This document shows positions 58,414-64,000 of a stretch of 64,000 bases of DNA, piece by piece. Location of the stretch: NCBI GenBank assembly GCA_947472995.1, contig CANJBO010000002.1:117283-181282 (forward strand), written 5' to 3'. The stretch's first letter is position 1. Each line of letters opens with the position of its first letter. The DNA comes from Chloroflexota bacterium. GTDB taxonomy: Bacteria > Chloroflexota > Dehalococcoidia > UBA2979. Made by a program: the position numbers and the translations under genes. The notes beneath the pieces were generated by a model, which did no database searches, was not told the origin of the DNA, and saw only the letters and a list, made by a program, of their open reading frames with translations.

Positions 58414-59994
58414 TTAGGCGGGCGTCGGGGCTCCGTACCGGTCTCGAAGGTCGTTCTTCAACACCTTGCCGAGCGGGTTGCGCGGCAGTTCCTCGACCCA
58501 TTCGTACAGCGCCGGCGCCTTGTAGGAGGCGAGGCGAGTCTTCACGTAGTCGGTCAGCTCCTGCTCGGACGGGAGCACGCCCCCGTCGACCGGGACCATG
58601 ATCGCCTTGCAGACCTCGCCCCACTCGACGTCCGGGACGCCGATGATCGCCGCCTCGGCTACGCCGGGGTGGTCCTCCAGGACCTGCTCGATCTCGGCGG
58701 GGGCGATGTTCTCGCCGCCGCGGATGACCATGTCCTTGATGCGACCGGTGATGAACAGGTACCCGCCGTCGTCGATCTTGCCGACGTCGCCGGTGTGCAG
58801 CCAGCCGTCCTGGAGCGCCGACGAGGTGTCCTCGTCGCGCTTGTTGTAGCCGCGCATGACGCGGTCGCCGCGGATGCAGATCTCGCCTTCCTCGTTCGTC
58901 GGGGCCACGCGGCCGTCCGGGAGGAGGATGGCGACGTCGATGTCCGTCATCGGGCGGCCGACGGAGCGGAGGCGGTGGTACTTCGCCTCGTTCTCCTCGG
59001 GCGTGCCATCGATGCGGTGGTCGTCCGGGCCGAGCGTGGTCATGGAGCCGGTGGCCTCGGTCTGGCCGTAGGAGTTCATCAGGCCGACGTTCGCCTTGTC
59101 GGGCGCGAAGACCTCCACGGCACGGCGCACCACCTCGTACGGCATCGGGGCAGCGCCGTAGGTGATGAGCTGGAGCGAGCTGAGGTCGTACGACTCGAAG
59201 TTCGGCACCTCGATGATGCGCTTGAGCATGGTCGGGACGACGAAGGCGTGCGTGACGCCCTCGCGCTGCACGGCCTCCAGCCACGCGGCCGGCTCGAACG
59301 CGGGCAGCACGACGAGGCGACGCCCGGAGAAGACGACGCTGGCGAGCGTGGTCGCGCCGGCGATGTGGAAGAACGGCACGCTGACCAGCACGACCTGCTG
59401 GTCGATGCTCGGGTCCGCCGGCGCCTGCGTGTTCACGACCAGCGCGGTGAGCGCCTGGTACGACAGCACGACGCCCTTCGGCAGCGCGGTCGTGCCGGAG
59501 GTGAAGATTATGAGCGTCGCGTCCTTGTCGTCCACGTCGGCGAAGACGGGGATGTCCTCCTGCGCGTCGCGGAGCGACTTCAGCGAGGGCAGCCCGGCCT
59601 GCTCGAAGTCCAGCGTGATGACGTGCTTCACGGAGGGGGTCGTCGACTGGATGCCCTGGAAGATCGGGAAGTACCGCTCGGCGATGAACAGCGCTGTGAC
59701 GTCCGTGGAGTCGATCATGTACGTGAGCTCTTCCGGCTTCGTCCGGAAGTTCAGCGGCACCAGCGTCGCGCCGACGGCGGCGGCGGCGTAGTAGATCTCG
59801 GCGAATTCGACGCAGTTCACGGCCATCACGCCGACGGCCTGGCCGCTCCCGATGCCCATCGCCTGGAACGCCTGCGCGAGCTTGTTGGCACGCGTCTGGA
59901 GCTCGGCGTAGGTGACGCGCTGATCGGGGCCGGCGATCGCGACCCGATCCGGGACGATCGCGGCACTGATGGTCAGGAATTCGGCGGTATTCAT
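58414..59994 (-). CDS. AMP-dependent acyl-CoA synthetase/ligase (FadD-like)
   Basis: AMP-binding signature IIFTSGTTALPKGV, ...YGQTEA..., ...GWLHTGDVG..., ...RIKDMVIRGGENI... Confidence 0.85.
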   Translation of the reverse strand: MNTAEFLTISAAIVPDRVAIAGPDQRVTYAELQTRANKLAQAFQAMGIGSGQAVGVMAVNCVEFAEIYYAAAAVGATLVPLNFRTKPEELTYMIDSTDVTALFIAERYFPIFQGIQSTTPSVKHVITLDFEQAGLPSLKSLRDAQEDIPVFADVDDKDATLIIFTSGTTALPKGVVLSYQALTALVVNTQAPADPSIDQQVVLVSVPFFHIAGATTLASVVFSGRRLVVLPAFEPAAWLEAVQREGVTHAFVVPTMLKRIIEVPNFESYDLSSLQLITYGAAPMPYEVVRRAVEVFAPDKANVGLMNSYGQTEATGSMTTLGPDDHRIDGTPEENEAKYHRLRSVGRPMTDIDVAILLPDGRVAPTNEEGEICIRGDRVMRGYNKRDEDTSSALQDGWLHTGDVGKIDDGGYLFITGRIKDMVIRGGENIAPAEIEQVLEDHPGVAEAAIIGVPDVEWGEVCKAIMVPVDGGVLPSEQELTDYVKTRLASYKAPALYEWVEELPRNPLGKVLKNDLRDRYGAPTPA

Positions 59995-60145
59995 CTCGGC
60001 TCCCCCACACACCCCTCAGAGGCCGCGCCATGATAGGGAATGGCAGCGACACACGCCAACAATCAGCACACCCGGTATCACGACAGAATGCGCGAGCGCG
60101 CTGGTTCGCGCTACCCGGCCGTCACTCTGACTGGCCGCCCGAGCC

Positions 60146-60634
60146 CTACCGCGACGGGTTCACCAGCTCCACCTGCACGCGCTGCGTACCGTCCGGCCGG
60201 TCATCCGGCGTCACGACCGGCGTCCGCAGCGGCTGGTCCGCCCCGCTGATCGCGTTGCCCTCGAAGGACCAGATCGCGCCGGAGCAGGGGTCACGGTAGA
60301 TGCCGGGGAGCCCCTGCGGGTTCCGCACGGCCCCTCGATCGTCGTTCGGGAGCCACTCCACCTTGCAGTCGCTGCCCTCGACACGGCCGTCGATGGCGCG
60401 CAGGCGGCCGTCCGGCATGCCGACGATGTAGAGGTGCTGCTGCGGGTAGGCGACCACCTTGTGCACGGCGAACTGGCGGACGTCGCCGGCGTCGAACTTC
60501 ACCACCTCGATCGTCACGGGGTTGGTGCGCCCCCAGAAGATGGCGAACAGGCTGACGGCCGTGAACATGAAGAGCACGGTCATCCCCAGCGAGCCGGGCG
60601 CGGCGGCGGGGAACAGGCGGCGGGCGAGACTCAC
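60146..60634 (-). CDS. hypothetical membrane-anchored protein (N-terminal TM helix plus a beta-rich domain with two Cys)
   Basis: 162-aa ORF; start overlaps the stop of the upstream crotonase gene (co-transcription). Confidence 0.5.
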   Translation of the reverse strand: MSLARRLFPAAAPGSLGMTVLFMFTAVSLFAIFWGRTNPVTIEVVKFDAGDVRQFAVHKVVAYPQQHLYIVGMPDGRLRAIDGRVEGSDCKVEWLPNDDRGAVRNPQGLPGIYRDPCSGAIWSFEGNAISGADQPLRTPVVTPDDRPDGTQRVQVELVNPSR

Positions 60635-61365
60635 GCGAGACCTCCGAGCACGACCGCGGCGACGAGGCGGCGCTCCAGCGCCAGTCCCTCCGCCAGCGGC
60701 AGATCCATTCCTTCGACCACCGCGCGCTTGGTGGCGCGCACCGCGTCTGGCTCCAGCGCGGCGATCCGGGCGGCCCAGTCGCGGGCGGTGGCCTCGAGCC
60801 GGTCGAGGGGCACCACCGCGTGGACGAGGCCCCGGTCGAGCGCCGTGCGCGCCTCGATCGGCTCGCCGGTCGTCACCATCTCCAGCGCGTCGGAACGGCC
60901 GAGGTGGCGCGCAATCGTCTGCGTGCCACCGGCGGAGGGGATGTACCCCAGCGTCACCTCCGGCAGCGCGAGCCGGGCGTCCTCGGCAGCGATCCGCAGG
61001 TCACAGAGCATCGACAGCTCCAGGCCCGCGCCATAAGCATAGCCGTGGATCGCGGCGATGAGCGGCATCGGCAGCCGCGCCATGAGGCCCCACGGGTCGC
61101 GCTGCTGCCTCGACTCCCGCGCGGCGACGAGGCTGGGCGCGGTGCCGAACTCGGTGATGTCGGCGCCGGCCGAGAAGGCGCGGTCGCCCGCGCCCTGCAC
61201 GACCGCGACACGCACGGTCGGGTCGTCGCGGAGCAGGCAGAGCGCGCCCCACAGCTGGTCCCGCATGGCGAGGTTGAGCGAGTTCAGCCGCTCCGGCCGG
61301 TCGAGCGTGACGAGGACGACGTCCTCCTCGCGCTCGATGCGCACCAGCGGGCGCTCATCCGGCAC
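60631..61365 (-). CDS. enoyl-CoA hydratase/isomerase family protein
   Basis: Crotonase fold: ...AVVQGAGDRAFSAGADI... oxyanion hole, ...IHGYAYGAGLELSMLCDLRIAA... Confidence 0.85.
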   Translation of the reverse strand: MPDERPLVRIEREEDVVLVTLDRPERLNSLNLAMRDQLWGALCLLRDDPTVRVAVVQGAGDRAFSAGADITEFGTAPSLVAARESRQQRDPWGLMARLPMPLIAAIHGYAYGAGLELSMLCDLRIAAEDARLALPEVTLGYIPSAGGTQTIARHLGRSDALEMVTTGEPIEARTALDRGLVHAVVPLDRLEATARDWAARIAALEPDAVRATKRAVVEGMDLPLAEGLALERRLVAAVVLGGLA

Positions 61366-61389
61366 CGGGATACCTCGACGGGCCTCGAC

Positions 61390-61623
61390 CTACAGCCAGT
61401 CGGGCTTCTTGATCGAGCTGACCTCGGAGCGGTCGTGCGTCTGCTGGATCTCGTCGCTGATCTTCTCGGCGAGGGCTTGCACGGCGAGCGAGGTCGGCTT
61501 CATCTCGTCGAGCCAGCGACGGACGACGGCCTTGTCCTTCGCGTCCAGCTTGAGGGCGGTGACGTCCTCCAGGACGGCCTGCAGCATCGCGTGGGCTTCA
61601 TCGGGGCTGAACTGGACCTTCAT
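61390..61623 (-). CDS. hypothetical small protein (77 aa), paralog of the upstream neighbour
   Basis: MKVQFSPDEAHAMLQAVLEDVTALKLDAKDKAVVRRWL...; its ATG overlaps the stop of the preceding small gene (TAATG). Confidence 0.5.
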   Translation of the reverse strand: MKVQFSPDEAHAMLQAVLEDVTALKLDAKDKAVVRRWLDEMKPTSLAVQALAEKISDEIQQTHDRSEVSSIKKPDWL

Positions 61624-61877
61624 TACTCGCGCTCCCGAACCCGGCCGCCGCCGCGCACGCGCATCATCCGCGTGGTGCGCTCATCGATGAAGTTGCCGAC
61701 GGCGGTGTTGAGGCGCCCGGTGAAGTCGTCCAGCGGGCCGGTGCCCGGCGTCAGGCCGCGCCGCCAGTCGCGAACGGCCTTCTTGGCGGCCTCGGACAGG
61801 CCGGCCTGGTCGATGAGCTGCCCGGTGATGATGCCCATCACCGCGCTCGCCTCATCCGTGTTCAGGATCACATTCAT
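61623..61877 (-). CDS. hypothetical small protein (84 aa), paralog of the downstream neighbour
   Basis: MNVILNTDEASAVMGIITGQLIDQAGLSEAAKKAVRDWRRGL...; [12 protein letters not shown] 3-4 nt upstream of the ATG; shares the M.V....DEA.A......L.....K.AV..W pattern with the 61390 gene. Confidence 0.5.
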   Translation of the reverse strand: MNVILNTDEASAVMGIITGQLIDQAGLSEAAKKAVRDWRRGLTPGTGPLDDFTGRLNTAVGNFIDERTTRMMRVRGGGRVRERE

Positions 61878-61936
61878 CGGCTCCCCCTCTGTGCATGCTC
61901 GCGGGCCCACACGTAGTCACGGTGGGCTGCCGCCGT

Positions 61937-62707
61937 TCACTCCCCGGTGAACTGCGGCGCGCGCTTTTCCACGAACGCCTGCACGCCCTCGGCGCGGTCG
62001 GCGGTCGACTGCAGGACGACGGTCAGGTCCAGCTCGTAGCGTAGCGCCTGCTCCAGCGTCATCTCGACGCCGCGGTGGACCGCCTCCTTGGCGAACCGCG
62101 TCGCGATCGGCCCGCGCGACGCGATGGTACCCGCCAGCGCACGCGCTGCGTCGAGGAGCCCGCCCAACGGTACGACGTGGGAGACGAGACCGATTCGTCG
62201 CGCCTCCTCGGCGTCGATGATGTCGCCGGTCAGGAGCAGCCGGAGCGCGGCGGCGCGACCGACGGCACGTGGGAGGCGCTGCGTGCCCCCGGCGCGCGGG
62301 ATGTTGCCGACGGCGATGTCCGGGAACGCGAACGTGGCGTCCTCCGCGGCGATGCGGATGTCGCACGCGAGCGCGACTTCGAGGCCCGCCGAGTGGGCGC
62401 CCCCGGCGATCGCGGCGATCACGGGCTGGGGGATAGCGGCGAGCGCCTCGATGCCTCCGGCGAGCAGCGGCACGCCCGGCACCCCGTCGTCCTCGGCGAG
62501 TGCGGCGGCGCTCCAGCCGAGCCCGAAGTCCTCCTCGACGGTGCGCACGATGACGGCGCGGACGCCCGGCGCATCGGCGACAGCGCGCGCGGCGTCCGCG
62601 AGCGCCTCGGATGTGCCGCGGTCGAGCAGCCCGGCGGTCGAGGCCAGCGTGATCGTCGCGATGGGGCCGTCGATCACGAACGCCGCGAGTGGGGATGACA
62701 CGAGCAT
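61937..62707 (-). CDS. enoyl-CoA hydratase/isomerase family protein
   Basis: ...IAAIAGGAHSAGLEVALACDIRIAAEDATF... and crotonase fold. Confidence 0.8.
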   Translation of the reverse strand: MLVSSPLAAFVIDGPIATITLASTAGLLDRGTSEALADAARAVADAPGVRAVIVRTVEEDFGLGWSAAALAEDDGVPGVPLLAGGIEALAAIPQPVIAAIAGGAHSAGLEVALACDIRIAAEDATFAFPDIAVGNIPRAGGTQRLPRAVGRAAALRLLLTGDIIDAEEARRIGLVSHVVPLGGLLDAARALAGTIASRGPIATRFAKEAVHRGVEMTLEQALRYELDLTVVLQSTADRAEGVQAFVEKRAPQFTGE

Positions 62708-62770
62708 TCCTCCGGTGGGCCGGAGCGTAGGGGTGGGCGATCTGGAGCGTCAACGAGCGTCGGCGGCGGA

Positions 62771-62858
62771 GGCCCTCACCCTGCCCTCTCCCATGAATGG
62801 GGGAGGGTTCTGAGTCCGGCCCCCTCTCCCACCTGTGGGAGAGGGCTGGGGTGAGGGC
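62771..62858. repeat. tandem REP-like elements (subfamily B): two CCCTCTCCC/GGGAGAGGG hairpins nested in the GCCCTCACCCTG...CTGGGGTGAGGGC outer arms
   Basis: Read directly from the sequence; lies in the divergent intergenic region between the crotonase and SDR genes. Confidence 0.6.
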
Positions 62859-62937
62859 TCCCGCGCGCGACCTCGACGGCGCCCGCGCGGCGCGGGACGA
62901 TGAGCGCACGAGCGCGGACAGCACGAGGAGCACGCAC

Positions 62938-63699
62938 ATGGACCTGGGACTCGCGGGACGGTCGGCCGTAGTGACGGGCGCGAGCCGCGGCCTCGGGCGT
63001 GCGATCGCGGAGGCGCTGGCGGCCGAGGGCGTGAAGGTGACGCTGGCGGCGCGCGGCGGCGAGACGCTGGAGCAGACGGCGGCGGCGCTGCGCGCGTCGG
63101 GCGCGACCGTGCACACGGTCGCCGCGGACGTGACGAACGCCGAGGACTGCGCGCGGCTAATCGAGGAGGCCGTCGCCGCGCACGGCGGGCTCGACATCCT
63201 CGTGAACAACGCCGGCGGCAACACCAGCGACGACGACCTCGCGGAGCGGTTCCGGCGGGCGTACGAGCTGAACGTCATGTCGGCGCTGCGGCTGATGGAG
63301 CTGGCGAAGCCGCACCTCGTGGCCTCGGGGCAGGGGGCGGTGGTGAACATCTCCTCGATCTTCGGGCGCGAGGCGGGCGGCTCGCCGCAGTACAACGCCA
63401 ACAAGGCGGCGCAGATCGGGATGACGAAGGCGTACGCGCTCGACTGGATCAAGCAGGGCATCCGCCTGAACAGCCTGGCCCCGGGGTCGATCGCGTTCGA
63501 GGGCGGCTCGTGGGGACGCCGCCTCGTCGAGGCGCCGGAGGCGATGGCGCAGTTCATCCAGCAGAACATCGCGGGCGGCCGCTTCGGGCGCCCGGAGGAG
63601 ATCGGCGAGGTGGTGGCGTTCCTCTGCTCGCCGCGCGCCTCGTGGATCGTCGGTGCCACGCTGAACGTGGACGGCGGCCAGTCCCGGTCGAACATCTAG
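62938..63699 (+). CDS. SDR-family oxidoreductase
   Basis: AVVTGASRGLGRAIA (TGxxxGxG), NNAG, S...YNANKAA (catalytic YxxxK). Confidence 0.85.
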   Translation: MDLGLAGRSAVVTGASRGLGRAIAEALAAEGVKVTLAARGGETLEQTAAALRASGATVHTVAADVTNAEDCARLIEEAVAAHGGLDILVNNAGGNTSDDDLAERFRRAYELNVMSALRLMELAKPHLVASGQGAVVNISSIFGREAGGSPQYNANKAAQIGMTKAYALDWIKQGIRLNSLAPGSIAFEGGSWGRRLVEAPEAMAQFIQQNIAGGRFGRPEEIGEVVAFLCSPRASWIVGATLNVDGGQSRSNI

Positions 63700-63787
63700 C
63701 GAGACGGTTGTCGAGGGCCCGCGCAGGGCCGATGATGGCGACCGATCACGAAGTGCCGCGGCAGCGGCGAGGGCGACGAGGCGAGAC

Positions 63788-64000
63788 ATGCGGTTCAAGC
63801 GCGCAGACCTGCTCGGCATCGTGGTCGCGGCGGCGATCCCCGCGATCCTCTCGTGGGTCGTCTTCAACGGCTGGGGCATCACCCACGTCCACGGCAACCC
63901 CATCCAGGGCGCGATCGCCGGGAACGTCGCGGCCGGCGCCGGGCTGATCGCCTACCTCACCCGCTACGTGGTGCATCGACGAGCGTTCTGGACGGTCGTC
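63788..64000 (+). CDS. hypothetical membrane protein, N-terminal fragment (runs off the end of the window)
   Basis: ATG 63788, MRFKRADLLGIVVAAAIPAILSWVVFNGWGITHVHGNPIQGAIAGNVAAGAGLIAYL..., no stop before the window end. Confidence 0.35.
   Translation, partial: MRFKRADLLGIVVAAAIPAILSWVVFNGWGITHVHGNPIQGAIAGNVAAGAGLIAYLTRYVVHRRAFWTVV

Overview
This 64 kb window is very GC-rich (about 70%) and the gene order looks Actinobacteria-like: amtB-glnK-glnD, an atpI/Z-BEFHAGDC operon followed by murA, and an IMPase/SCO1664-family cluster. Most of it is core chromosome. The named parts are nitrogen sensing, F1Fo ATP synthase, cell wall (murA, murI, mreB), pyrF, ispH, pabBC, rex, cinA, coaE and an etfABD/beta-oxidation cluster. 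I found no rRNA, tRNA or CRISPR array. The high GC produces many long antisense ORFs, which I rejected.

The accessory or unusual content is:
- a convergent pair of a Dam-class N6-adenine methyltransferase and a small PD-(D/E)XK nuclease, likely a type II restriction-modification system;
- a family of at least 8 REP/BIME-like palindromic elements, two of which flank a DUF559 endonuclease gene;
- a small cysteine-rich peptide gene just after an ABC exporter;
- an orphan CbbQ/NorQ-like AAA+ ATPase with a 1097-aa NorD/CbbO-like VWA protein;
- a MoxR-DUF58-DUF4129 triad;
- a compositionally foreign (low-GC) membrane protein gene next to rex;
- a c-subunit (atpE) with an N-terminal extension and an a-subunit (atpB) with a large insertion;
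- coaE fused to a histone-like Ala/Lys/Pro-rich tail.

Start codons are often uncertain because GTG/TTG starts are common. Coordinates come from codon arithmetic on the ORF track and may be off by 1-2 nt.
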